This document shows positions 28,238-42,500 of a stretch of 64,000 nt of DNA, in pieces (position 1 is the stretch's first letter; each line of letters begins with the position of its first letter). The position numbers were made by a program, and so were the translations under genes. The stretch is taken from the NCBI RefSeq assembly GCF_009914755.1, contig NC_060927.1, one strand, 5' to 3'. The notes below the pieces were generated by a model, which was given only the letters and a program-made list of their open reading frames with translations, did no database searches and was not told the DNA's origin. Origin of the DNA: the human T2T-CHM13v2.0 reference genome, Homo sapiens.

Positions 28238-28680
28238 TGTGGTGGCTTCTGTTGGAGCCTTGCTCAGATCCCTTTCACCAGGTGGGTGCACTCATCTCCC
28301 AGTTGCTATGTTGGCCACGAACAACTCACAGCTGCCCTTCTCAGGGAGGGCCTTATGAGACAGCAGGACCCTCTCTCCTGGAAGGTTATGCCCGTCACAC
28401 TACAGGCCAGCCAATGGCCAATGACTGACTGACATGGGGTTCAAAAGTCTGAAACCCTAGCTTCAAAGTGAGACAATTCTGTGATGCAATTCATGCTCCA
28501 GAGCTCCCAGGCGAACCAAGCTAGACTGCTTTCCAGCTGAAAACCTCTCATTGCTGGGCTCCTTCCCCTGCCCCATCCTGCATCCCTCACTTCCCACCTC
28601 CTGAGAGCACCCACTCAATAAGTCACTTGTACAAGGAACCCTGTGTCAGGTTCTGTTTCTGGGGAATCCAACCTAAGACA
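28238..28680 (+). mobile_element. ERVL solo LTR (LTR16C-like)
   Basis: tgtggtggc...gccaatgactgactgacatgggg...ctcaataagtcac...aacctaagaca. Confidence 0.75.
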
Positions 28681-29395
28681 AGGCCTGTCATCCATGGAAG
28701 CAGGTGAGGCAAGAGAAACTCACAACACAACAATAGTTCTGTTCATAAACCTCTTCTAATTTTCATCTGCCCACATCCACCCTTCTATGCCCTTCAGTGG
28801 CCAATGAGTGGTGAGTGGCAAGAGTATCCAAATGAATGTTTACCAACCCCTTTTTAAAGTCTAGCATAGGTGGCCTTACTTTAGAATATGGGAAATGTTA
28901 GCATCTATTTGCTTGAGGCCAGGAGTGAAATAGTTCCCTTTGACTTCCTGATGTTATATGAGGTGCATATAAAATTCTGAGCACATGACAGGAGTCTGCT
29001 GAATGATAGCTATTATTTTGGTCCTTTAAAATAATGTCCTGAGAATTCATTGCATGCCACATGCTAGGCTCCTTGACAAACATTATTATCTCATTCTGTC
29101 CTCACAGTGACTCTTCAGAGGGTCACAGTACTATTAATCCTCATTTTATTGATCCTCATTCATAAAGCTAAATTTCAGAAAACATTCAATGCCTGGGCCT
29201 CATTCCAAACCTAGGTTTTTGCCTAATTTTTTATCAAACCTTTTCTCACTGTGCTGATTTCCCACCCTAAAACTGCTCTCCCTTTTCCAGTTTGTTGCTC
29301 CTGCAACCTCAGTCAGCAGGGATTCAAGCTGCAGGTTCTAACTTCGTTCTTGCTGACAGTAAAGTATTTTGTTTTTTTTCTTCCTTGGCATTCAG

Positions 29396-29494
29396 ATCTG
29401 CGTGAGTTCTGAAGAAGAACAAGATGGTTTTATCAGAGTCCTCAGTGGAAAAAAGAAAGGCCTCATCCCCCTTGATGTACTAGAAAACATCTGA
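29396..29494 (+). CDS. STAC: STAC terminal coding exon: ICVSSEEEQDGFIRVLSGKKKGLIPLDVLENI*
   Basis: Pyrimidine tract plus ttcag| acceptor; phase 0 continues ...KENQ. Carries the GLIP variant of the SH3 C-terminal motif. TGA at 29492-29494. Recognised STAC1 C-terminus. Confidence 0.95.
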   Translation: MCVSSEEEQDGFIRVLSGKKKGLIPLDVLENI

Positions 29495-30818
29495 TTGCTG
29501 GCTCCTCCTCCGTTTGCAGTAGGCAAGCTCTGCTGCGATGCCTCTGCCTCATCTCACACTGCGTCAACCCAAAGGAGCTGCCGCACTGACCCAGCCCCCC
29601 AGGAAACAGTGAGACAAGAATCAAGTATCTGAGACTGTGGAGTAATAGCCACAAAACAGAGGGCCCACTGCACAGCATATCCAGGCTGCCACAGGTGGGG
29701 ACGAGGCTGAGAGAGTCAGCAGGCAGAGCCAGATGCCATGCTTGGCAGCAGCAGTAGGACTATAAACCACAGCTGTCCCCCAGGATCCCACTCCTTTCCT
29801 GTCTGTGTGGTGTAAGTTAACACACTGGAGTGTGCTCCAGTTTGCAGGGTAGCCCAGTGCAAGGTTCAGATCCATGTAGCCAAGTATTATCCTGCTTCCA
29901 GACCTATGTCACCAGTACCAATCAGTCAGTGTCATCACATTTCAGGCCCCAAGCAATCTCTGTGCAAAGCATCAGAAAGACCTGCTTCCCAGCCCCCAGC
30001 ATTCCAGTGCTCTCCAGGCTTCCTCTCTTTGTGATTGTGCTGTCCAGAGTGTCCAGCTTGTTCTTTCTTTCTCTTCAGTCCTCTGAGTACATCTGGTGGT
30101 GTGCATTAGATGTGAGGGCTATGTTGACATGGCATCACCTCCAAAGACCTGACCTGCCTAAAGACTGATGACAGGCCATCCTTCCTGCTGTTCTAGGTAC
30201 TGGCCTGGGTGACAGAGCAGGACATGAGACATAGATACAGTGGGGAGGAGAAGTGGGGAAAGGTGGAGCAGAGAGTTCTTACTTATTGAAGATTATACAG
30301 CCCTTTCGGTTATGAAGTCCCTGCTTGAAGGCAATGGACCTGGGGAAGAGACTATCACAAAAAGTCTCCATTTTCATTTTACATCCTCTCTATTGGAGGC
30401 AGCACTTTTCCCTCATGCTGTCCTATAGGACTCCACTTTGAAGGTTGTGCCTACGTTGCAGGGAACTAGGAACATGGAGGGGAACCAACAACAGCATCTT
30501 AGAAGAAATGTAGCCAAATTGGAGTCCATTCTTCTTTAGGGCAGTATATGAAATCCTAGCAGATGTAAAATGGAAAAGAATCCTAATGCTTCTTCCTTCT
30601 GAAAGTAGAGGAACTAGGGGCCCAATTAGCATCATCTAGGGGAATCTCTATTACTCTGTACTTATACTAATGTTTACAAGAATGCAATATACTGTGATGC
30701 CTTCCTACTCAAGCCTCCTAGCATTCAAACTTCCATCCTATTAGTCATTAACATGGTTAAACTTCAATTCACAATCACCTTGGAATCAATGTCAGTTTGA
30801 TTTATTTTGTTACAGAGC

Positions 30819-30824
30819 AATAAA
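30819..30824 (+). terminator. Candidate proximal polyadenylation signal
   Basis: AATAAA preceded by U-rich tttgatttattttgt and followed by ggttttt. Confidence 0.45.
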
Positions 30825-31172
30825 ATCATTAGAACAATGGTTTTTAAAAGACTTAAGTGGATGCATCCTATGCATGAAGCATTATTTCCCAAACCAAAGC
30901 ATCATTCATCTCCATTTATTTCTTTTGTTCCCGCTCAGTGTGAAGTTGGGAACTGAGAGGGGATGGCTGCTGGTTTCACAGAAGTTTGGATGCCTTACTC
31001 TTATCTTAAAGCCAGCATCCAGAATTTCCTCCCTCTCTGATGCCACATGCAAAACCAGGTGTACGATGTCAAGATGGATTCTTTGAGAGCCAGGGTAGAT
31101 CATATGACTGCCTTTCTGTAAAATTGGATGCCTAGTACAAATGCTCTTTGCCTCTAATTCAGTATTCCATTT

Positions 31173-31178
31173 AATAAA
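31173..31178 (+). terminator. Distal polyadenylation signal of STAC
   Basis: AATAAA with downstream catgtgtcctcctgatctcttctttctgtc. Confidence 0.7.
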
Positions 31179-31347
31179 AACAATACAGTGGCTGGAAAGG
31201 AGCATCAGAAACATGTGTCCTCCTGATCTCTTCTTTCTGTCATGATATCCATTAACTTTTTGGTACAATGATGTCACATCATATGCATGTTTAATTAAGA
31301 TGAATCTTAAAAATGAGTTTGCCTTTTACAGTTGAATAGAAGGAAGA

Positions 31348-32245
31348 TGTGGTATCTAGCCTCCAAGGTAGTCTCCCAAAGATCCCTACCTCCTCATATT
31401 CTTTCCTTTGTGTAGTCCCTTCCCACACTGAATCAGGGCTGGTCTTATGTGACCAATAGAACACAGCAGAAGTAGTACTACAAGGCTGTCTTAGTCTATT
31501 TTCTGTTTCTATAACAGAATATCTGAGACTGGTTAATTTATAAAGAAAAGAGATTTATTTTGCTGACAATTCTAGAGGCTAGGAAGTCCAAGAAGCATAG
31601 CGCTGGCATTTATTTGGCTTCTGGTGGTGGCCATGTGCTGTATCATAACACGGCAGAGAAGCAGAATAGAAAGTAGGCATGTGCAAAGAAATAGAGAGAG
31701 ACCAAACACAAGGAGCAGCTTTGATTTTTAACAACTCACTCTTGAAGTAACAAACCCAGTCCCAAGAGAGCAAGAACTCACTCACACCCGTGGGATAGCA
31801 TTATCTATTCATGATGGATTCTCCCCATGACCCAAACACCTCCCATTCAGCCCACCTCCCAATATAGCCACAATGGCAATCAAATTTCAACATGAGTTTC
31901 AGAGGGGACAAACTATATTCAAAACATAGTAATGACCCCATCTCAAATTGCATCTGAGGTTAAGTTTTAAAAGCAGCTTTAGCCTTGATCTCTTGGAACA
32001 CTCACTGTTGGAACCTTGAGATACCATAAGAATTTCAACTACCCTGAGGCCACCATGCAGGAAAGACCCTGTGGAAAGACTACATATTTCATCATCTGAG
32101 GTGGCAGACATCACAGAGCAGAGATGAGTCGTCCCTGCTGAGCCCTGCCCAAGTTACAGATTTATGAGCAAGATAACTATGTGGGGATTTTTTAAGTCAC
32201 TATGTTTTGGAGTGATTTGTTATACAGAAACAGATAACAGAAGCA
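31348..32245 (+). mobile_element. MLT1 (F/G/H-type) LTR interrupted by an MST LTR
   Basis: 5' part 31348-31486 and 3' part ~31932-32245 ending gtgatttgttatacagaaacagataac. Confidence 0.7.
31487..31931 (-). mobile_element. MST-family MaLR LTR nested in MLT1
   Basis: tgtcttagtctattttctgtttctataacagaata...aaatttcaacatgagtt. Confidence 0.8.
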
Positions 32246-34429
32246 GGGGTTTTGTAATTTAAGTCAATGTTAGAAGAGAAAAATGCTCTTTCTACACAAT
32301 CAGGCCCAAAAGCGTTGCAAACATCAAGTGTTAGCAGGCAATTATCCCTCTAAATACAAGATATGTAGTATTCCCTAAAGATCTGGAGTCATCCAGACCT
32401 AAGGGAAAAAGCAAGATGTTCCTCATAGTATAGATTTCCATGAGTGCTTACACAAACACAGAGATTTTAGGAGCCACAGCTTTTTTTTTCTTGCCTGTCT
32501 GCAGAAATTAAAAGCACAAGGATAGCTACGGCCTACCAAAGTCTTAAAGGTTTGCAAGACTCAGAAAATGGCTAAAAGAAGGACCATAATTTTTGAGTGG
32601 AGAAGAGATGAAGATCTCAGGAGATACTCTGGTGAGGAGACAGGGAAGGAGGGGAAGTGTCCATATGAAGAATAAAAAGGGGACCTGAGGGATATGCTTT
32701 GTAGTGTACGAAAACAGCCTTGTACCCCCTTACCTCCTGCCCCTGCCTATAGCCAAGGGATGGTACATACCTAGCTGCACCAGGGAAGATATGCCCTATA
32801 CTTCATCACTAGTGCCATAAGACTTTACTTCTATTATAGTAAATTTGAAATGAAGAACTGAGTGAACCTTCCTCAGGGCTCCAGAAGGTGGAGAATAGAA
32901 CTCCCTTTACTTCCCATCACTAGCAGACATCTACAGCACCTCTCACATGGGCAGCAGGGTGGCAAAGAGAGCCCATGTGTAGATATCCAGATTGCTAGAT
33001 TTCACAGACAGATACCCACATGGCTAGATTTCACAGATGGTTGATTTCACAGACCACTTTTCCTTCCCAAATACACAACACACACCACCACCACCACGAC
33101 CACCCATACACACACACTCATTCACTCCCATTAAGAGGAAGGGTCCAGCATTTGGGTTGCATATTTAGAGCAGGTAGTGGAGAGAATATGGCAGGATCTA
33201 TTAGAGTTAGTGTTCTTTGCTATTAAAGAGAGAAAAAACCAGTGGGAAGATCACAACACCTTGGTGCCAAGTACTGTTAAAAGACAAAAGAGCCAGTTGT
33301 CCAGGAAATTGGCTACTCCAAGGAGGAGAGAGCCAAGAAGGAAATCTACTGGCCAGCCTAAGCCTAGAGCCAGGTCCAGTCAGAGATGCAGCTGTGAAAA
33401 AGTGGTGTGTGGGAGAAAAAAGCTGAGATTTAAATAAAGTGAACTTGACTTCTTTACTCAGGACTTCTCAGAGCCTTTAATTTGCTAATTCTCATAGTAA
33501 ATCTCCAAAAAGGAGATTTAAAACTGTGGATCACCTATAAGACTCTCCTAAAACAACATTCCAAGGAACATACTTTGGGAAATTCTGCAGTAAAGCATTC
33601 TCATATCAGATCACCCAATAGCCCCTATGCTTCTACTATCCCCTCTCTTCCTACATCTCACTGAAATACTTACAAAGGGCGAAAGCACTCAATCCTAATG
33701 ATAAGAATGAAGACAATCTATTCTGGGATCTGAGTTGGTAGGAGAATAAGCTAGAGTATGAATCTGTATACTCCAAGAGTGAAAAACTCCAGAGAAAGAT
33801 TAGTTTTATCACACTGATAGCTGTAGCAAACACCAGCATGGAGTAGGTTGTATAAATCTGGGAATAAAAGAAAATTCATCATTGCCCAAAATAGCATCCC
33901 CAGGAAACTGAGTGAGCAGGTGTGCTCCACAGATTTATCACAAAACAGAAATTATTAAAAATAACTCAGACAGAAAATTAAAACTAGTTTAATGACATCC
34001 TGTAACTATCTCCTAGATTTTGCTAAGTTGCCACTCTGTTGTGTGTTTCATACAACACCTGGTGTTTTGACCCTTAGAGCATGTTTTCTCTTAGATTTCA
34101 ATGAGAAGTTTTAAATAGTCTTTAATCTTCCTGTGGATAATACAAATTTATCCATACCTTGAAATTTTAACAAGATAATAGCCATTTATTTTAACAGTCC
34201 CCTTTTGCAAATGAAAAGATGGCAGGGTTTTTTTGTCAGCTCATTGTCAAGCTTACACAATTATTGAACATCCTCCGTGTCTTCATGGAAGTAAGGACAT
34301 ACCAAAGTCCTGGAAACACACCTAGGAAAAGTACAAGACCTATTTCCAAGATCATGGATCATCTTTAGAATTCCTCCACTGGCATTATTTACTCAGGTTT
34401 TCAGGTTATTGCCTGAATCCATCTTTTTC

Positions 34430-35284
<855 letters not shown>

Positions 35285-35719
35285 TAGCAGCCAGTTCTTT
35301 CTGCCACAGTCTCCCTTTCTATAATACATGTAGGATGAATCGCTCAGGTCATTTCCTAAGTAAATATTCTCTTTAGCTCCCTGGAGCAAACTGTAAAGGA
35401 ACCACTTTTAAATGAAGATGTTCCAAAGATATTCTTAGAAAACTTCAATTTCAAATGAAGAGTATTTGGGTCATGGAATCTTTACAGAAAGATAAATTAC
35501 AATGAAACCCACTATCACTGTTGAAAAGCTGTTAAGGGTTTTTCTGATAAACTCAAAGAAACTTACAAGTTCCTAATTTTAAGGTATTGGGGTGCTTTTC
35601 TTTCCTTCATGTTAGGCATATAACAAATGAAGTACCAAAATATATCTTCTACTGGAGTGGTATTCCTAGAAGCACATAGCTAAAGAGTGCATAAAGTAGG
35701 TTTGGGATAATCAATCTTA

Positions 35720-35930
35720 TCCTAATATAAATACTTGCTGCATCGTAAGAATTCATTTATTCCTGACAATAATCCTGATAGCTGAGTTTTATTGTCTCCA
35801 TTTTTCAGATGGAGAAACTGAGACTCATAAATATTAGATCCCTTGCCCAAGGTCACACAACTGATAAAAGTTGGAATGAGGTTTTGCACCTGTAACAGCA
35901 TCCCTAGTGCTCCTAAGTGGCTGGCTACTG
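35720..35930 (-). mobile_element. MIR
   Basis: ccatttttcagatggagaaactgagactc...cttgcccaaggtcacacaact. Confidence 0.75.
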
Positions 35931-36975
35931 AGAGCATTTGGTTGCAAAATTAAATGTTGGAGTTGCAGAATAACACGCAGGCAATAATTATTATTGGTGC
36001 CATGCCTTACTATATAGTTTATTGTAATTATTTCCTTGATGATAATAATAGTTTCAAGTTAATGGATTTATAGATAATTATAGCAAAAAGCATACAATGA
36101 TGTAGAGGTGGTGCCAGAAGAGTCTGCATTACACTTATGAATTTCCAAGGATCCATGAGACACACCCTCAGCCTTGCAGACTGAGGAACCTGAAGTGTTG
36201 GTGCATGGAGGAGAACTTCACTTCTCAGAGTAGGACTTACATTTACCAAACTCAAAAAGTCACATAGGCCCAAAAATAATAATTTATGAGCTCACATTGA
36301 AAATAATACAGTCACTATGTTGAGGGACAAACTTTACTGGCATATCTATACTACTTGGTCTCCCTGAGGGCAACTGCATTAAATCTCCTCTGTACTTGGA
36401 AGGGCACTCAATGACTATGGAGGTTAGAGATGTGTTTGGTAGCCTCCAACTGACATAACCTGAAAGAGCCACATGCATGATAAGAATAATCTTGACAATG
36501 GTACCTATCATATTGGATAATTGGATAAGAGTTCCTCTCTTCACCAAGTGCTTAAAATGGCCAATGCTCACTTTTGCATTAGTGATCTCACTTTGTCTAT
36601 GCTTTCATAGCATAGAAATATGTCCCCTTCTCAGAGGCACATTTCTTACTTTCAGGTAAGTCTTGCCCTAACCAGGGAGTGCCTCTTTTCAAAGAGAGTT
36701 TTAATCTCTCCAATTTTATCTAGTCTGTGCTTAACTTTCTGAAATTTTAACTTTCAAAAGGCAAGTATGCCCTTATTTCCAGGTTCTCAAAGATTGAGTC
36801 TTTGGATGGGGTTCATATCACAGCTCCAATGCATGCCACCTACAAGACTGGTAAGGGTGAAAATCACATAATGAACTGATTAAATATATTCATACCTAAG
36901 AGTATCTAAATCTGGACATGGTGAATCACAAGTTGTTGGTTTCAAGACATGGACTTTTCTTTGGTCATGACAATG

Positions 36976-37319
36976 TATTATGGTTTGAATGTGTCTTCCA
37001 AAGTTCAAATGTTGGAAACTTGATCCCCAATGCAGTAGTGTTGGCAGGTGGGACCTAATAGGAAGTGTTTGGGTCACGGGGGCACTGCCTTCATGAATGG
37101 GTTAATGTCTTTATCTTGGGAGTGGATTCATTCTCTCTTTTGCCCTTTGTCCTTCTGCCTTTCATCATGGGATGATGCAGCAAGAAGTTCTTCACAAGAT
37201 ACTAACACCTTAATATTGGACTTCCCAGCCTCCAGGATTGTGAGCCAATAAATTTCTGTTTATTATAAATCATCCAGTCTGTGGTATTCTGTTATAGCAG
37301 CACAAAATGAACTAAGACA
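36976..37319 (+). mobile_element. MST-family MaLR solo LTR with 5-bp TSD CAATG
   Basis: tattatggtttgaatgtgtc...gaactaagaca; caatg at 36971-36975 and 37320-37324. Confidence 0.85.
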
Positions 37320-38437
37320 CAATGGTTGTTCTTTTTGTGGTAAAATCAACAGGTATTTGTAGTTTACTGGGAAAGATGGTAATCAATCAAACAAGTAATA
37401 CTAAAAATGTGTGATTAGTGCTACAATAGAGAAAGTACAGTGAACCATAAGAGCATGCTGGGATTTACTGGTTTCATTAGGAATAGGACCTACAAAGCTC
37501 AAAGCTCTCATGCTAAAAATGTTCTCACTTTCCAAAAAGGCAATTTTATATTGGAAGTATGGTAAGGCAGCCTTCTTTCAGCTCTTTCTCATATAATTTC
37601 CTAACACTTGAAGCACTTTAATTTCACTAGAACTTACGGATGATGAAGGAGGGTATTTTGTGGATATTGGGCAGAGTTAGATTTTGTGGGCTAAGGGTTT
37701 TTTTGTGGTGTTTTTTTTTTTTTTTACTTTTTAACACAAATATTTCCAATTGTGTGGGCCCTTCATGCTGGAGTGTTTGAGTATTTGAGCAATATTAGCA
37801 GTATTACCAGAAGATTGGGAGAGGGATAGAGGAGCTGGTGAGGAAGAGGGGATGGGATTAGGTAGAGGCATGATGGAGGCCACAGGAGAAAGAGGCTGCT
37901 GACTTATGCAACATATAATTCCAAAGAGGGTTTAGGTTCATGTCTCATCTCTAGAGAAATGTCCTAAGAAGAATAATCCATCCAGGTAAGGCCCCATCCT
38001 TCCCACATCTGTCCTGATGTTTAGGACCCCAGAAGAAAATTATTTAAAGAATAATAAGGGTTAAAACATCACCAAAATGGAAACAAATATATAGGCTTCT
38101 TCACAACCAAGGGAACCAGGTTTGTCTGTTTTTTTAAATCACAGGCATCTTGTGATTTGGGCCAAATTCCTGTCATTCATGATGGATCTCACAAGAGCCT
38201 TCGGGTATAGAGAGATCCCAAACATGAAACTGCTCACCCCTAGTGCTGCCAAAGTTGTTTTTCTCCCTTTCAATCACAGGCAGCTGGGGGATGGGGGGAG
38301 AGCCAAAACATTAAATACTAAGAATTTAGTTTACAACTTTTGCAGATGTGATATTAAAAACATAAAATTCAATGCAATGAAGCAGTGCAGGGCAAATCGT
38401 GTTGATCCAGTGCTGGGAATAAATCTATGAGCTTTCA

Positions 38438-38690
<253 letters not shown>

Positions 38691-39019
38691 AGAATGGGAC
38701 AATGAGGGTCCAAGGACTCAGCCAAGAGGGCAGTAGCAGGATTCAGATGAGGTTCCAGATACAGCAAGCTGTCATGTGGGGATGGGGCAGCACCAGGCAA
38801 TGAAGAATCACCAAAAATGTAGCAAGACTGAGCAGATTGTACTCAGCTCTGTGTCTACTGAAGGAAGAAATACTTGAAGAGCCCTTGGTTTGAAGTGTGA
38901 GACCCTCAATGCACCAGCTGAAGTAACAGCAGATTGATGCTAACCTGACTTCTAGAAAGGGTAGTTCCTGTTACCTCTAGGGCTTTGGTTTTGCTGAGGA
39001 GCCTGCAAGCTGGACCACA

Positions 39020-39178
39020 GCTGAACTTTCTTGAAACTTTGAAGAGAGCCCCCTGTACCCCTAGTCCAGTGAGACTCATTAAGGACCTCTAATCTCCATA
39101 GTTCTAAGATAACACACTTGGATTGTTTAAGCCACTAAGTTTGTAGTCATTTGTTACAGCACCAACAGGAAACATACA
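39020..39178 (+). mobile_element. MLT1 LTR 3' fragment
   Basis: ttgtttaagccactaagtttgtagtcatttgttacagcacc. Confidence 0.65.
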
Positions 39179-39520
39179 GCATTGCACTGCCACTTGGAAA
39201 GGTGGAGAGATAACAAGAGAAATTTAACTGAACCCCATTGTTATGCCTAAAGAATATTGAGCTCCCAAAGCTCAGAAAAAGCCAGCTAAGGAGAATGGAA
39301 AAAATCCAATAGCATGGTGGTAATGTGTAACCAGTGTAGGAAAGTTATCATCTCCTTGGCCAAGGTAGCCTCGGATGAGAGAAGTGGGGAAAGATTCCTC
39401 AGTTTGGCCACTAGGACTATATCCAAGGGCACACTGTCCCTGCCACCTTGGAGCCTACACTGAGGATGCTACTGCAGTGCATGTTCTAATCAGAAGGCAA
39501 GGAATTCCAGCATGTGTGTC

Positions 39521-39570
39521 TACACACATACATGCACACACGCGTACACGCACGCGCACACACACACACT
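39521..39570. repeat. (CA)/(CG) microsatellite
   Basis: Direct reading. Confidence 0.85.
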
Positions 39571-42500
39571 CAGATGGAATTTATACTGCACTCTGATAAA
39601 GATTTAAGCAGTTCTTTCTTCTTTGAGTCAGTTGATTGATTTCAAAGCCAGTCCTTACCTGTTTTTTACACAAGAAGCAGTCTCAGTGCCTAGGCCTCTC
39701 TTTTCTTACCTCTCTCTTTAACCCTTCTGTCCCCACCTCCACCACCATCCAGAGACTACCACACTCAGAAATATTCCACCTCCTTGAGGAAATAATACCT
39801 TTCTTATGTCTTGTAAACTTCATAGCCTCCAGAGATGAATATTAAAAATCTGTTTTTCTCCTCCCAGTTCTTGTTTTTCTCAGCAGGGAAGGCGTAAATT
39901 TTGGTCGCAGTGACCGCTGGCTTTGTGTGACCTGGGAAAGCAAAGCAGCGCCGAAGATAAGCTCTGGTCTGATGATAAGGAGATGATGACATATGAGCAT
40001 TTCCACCTTAGCCTGTAATTTATTTCTCGAATACATTATATATTTATATCTCAACACAGATCAATCATTACCAGCAATGAGTAACTGATAAAGCATGAGA
40101 GAAAGAGGTCTCTAAGCAAGAGAAGACTGCGGGAAACAAGAATATAACATGCTTGGGGTGATATAGGTAGGTGAAGGAACCCAAGAAGAAGTTTATGGGA
40201 CATCATGAAGTATAGGTGAAAGTGACATTCAGTAAGGGTTCTAACTGGTGTTGGGGGGAAGACAGTTGGTATTGGGAGAGCTGAAACAGAAGGGAAGACA
40301 CTTTTAGGAACAAGAGAGGAGCAGGCTAGCAATGAGGGAGGCTGTGACTGAGTGGCAGTCTGTAGCCATATAGGGCAACAACAAGAGACCCATGGCAGCA
40401 CAGCAAGGTCAGGCAGCCTGTTTGGCAGCAACCTGCTGGCACCGTGTGCTCATAGCTCCTCCACCATTGCAATGCCTTTTTTGGTGGTGGTTCTTCCCCA
40501 GAGCCAACCTCAAAGCCAGAATCATCCTCCTAAAGTATCACTTTGATCCTGTTGTCACCCTGTTAAAAACCCTCCAAGGGCTTCCCCAGGGATACAGAAG
40601 CAAGTCCAGCCTCTGCAGTGGAGGTTTCTCCAGAGGCCTCAGACCAAACTCAGCTCTTCTGAAACTGCATAGCCCTGCTCTGAACTGCTCAAGCGGCATC
40701 TATCACTTCCTGTTTGACTAGTGATGATTTTAAAAGTAGATTTCAGTGAGTAGACTTTTTGAGGGCAGAATGCTAGGCTTGATTGCCTTGCAGGTGGGAG
40801 TCAAGGGAAACTATCTCTGTGATCATTTCAGAATGCCATGGAGTATTGACATCATCAGAAAAATCCCTGTTACCAGTACACTCTCTCACCTCTTACATAT
40901 CCAGGTCATGGTACTAGATGACCATGACTTTTGTCTATAGGAGGTTAAATCAGTCAACAAAGCCCACTAAGATAGAGATCAAATCCAAGACCCTGGGCTA
41001 GAGATATGATTATATTCTATTCCTTGGCAAGAAACTCCAGCTTTAGCCCCAGTCACAAGGTGTGGGTGTGATGTTGCAGATCCATCGCCACCTCCACAAA
41101 AGCAACTTAAAGAGCACTCGCTGACAGGCTGCTCCACAAGGTCCCCTTGTGCATCCACCCCCTCCAATCTCTAGTGCTCTTAGAGACAGCTCAGCTCAGG
41201 TAGGGATTGGGGGAAAAGGATAGGAATTATTTGCATGTTATGATTTTTAAGTCTCAAACTACAAGTAGTCTTAAAAGTAAAGAGCATTGAGCAAATCTGT
41301 GTCTTAGATTAACTGTAGGACTTTTGCGAGCACACAGAAGGAGGAACTGCAAGCTGTTTCTGAGCTGCGCTAGCTCAAGCTGGAAGCAAAACTCAGTCTT
41401 CTCACCATTGTTTACGAGAAATCCACTCCCATAAATCATGTGTTGAGTTTAGTAGACTTGACCTGATGATATCAACAAAGAGTCTCAGGAGGAGTCCTGG
41501 CACTTGGCTTTTCACTATCTCCCTGCCCTTCTTTCCTGATCCCTTCTGATTCCTCCCACCATGCTCCCAGGAGCTCCAAACTCCTCTCACTCTTTTAAAC
41601 AATGTGTTTCTCTCCAGCTCCTTCCTTCCCTTTGCACAATCAAACACACTACAGTGCTCAACAGGACTAGAAATCTCCCTTTTGACAAGACTTACTCTCT
41701 GCAGAAGAACTTAGATTACAGTTAAAATTATACAAATACCATGTTTAATTACCAAGGAAAGCCTCCATTTAAAACTGACTTAGAGGAGCTCCAAGGGTTT
41801 CTCCCATCCAGACCCCTTCCCTGGTTCCTGCCCTAGAGGACACATCTCCATGCCGAGCATCTCAGTATACTTCTTCATACACTATCAATCTCTGTGACAT
41901 GGCAAAACAACTGGGATTGTCTTTCACTGTATCCATGTCATGTTTCTGACACCTACTTCTGAAAGTTTCACTATTTCAACTCAGCTGTCTGCTCACGTGA
42001 ATACAATGTGTGCTTATTTATTTATGCTTTCCCTTCATGCTGAACACAAAATGATTTTTATTGGGCTCATGGTTTGAGATTTGGATAATTAAAGCAAATA
42101 GATTTCTTTTGGAAAGTCACTTTTCCAACACATCACAGACGAGAAACAATGAGGGATTCTTAGTGATTGTTCACTCTTGGAAAAATAGAAATCATACCCC
42201 ACACCAAACAGCAGAAACAGAATGACCCAAAATGCCATGATTTCACTGCACTAGTCAGTAGTTTTTTAATAATGCTTCTGCTTTCTCTGAAATATTCACC
42301 TGCTTCGGTTCCCTAGAGCTTCCCAGCACTGAATGCATTTGGCCTTCCCTTCGCATGATTTCAGCTGTTATTTGTTTCCCACTTACACAATCATTCTTTG
42401 AAGGAGTCTAATCTGTTTCCTAAGTGCACAAGAACAGTAACAACATTATTTGCTCTTGCATAAGTTTAGATATACTACAAATGTAATAGTGTGCTCTAAA

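Larger units (their letters stand above)
29495..31210 (+). other. STAC: STAC 3' UTR (end approximate)
   Basis: Sequence after the stop with no recognisable repeats, ending shortly after AATAAA 31173-31178. A GT/T-rich element follows (~31212-31240). Confidence 0.75.
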
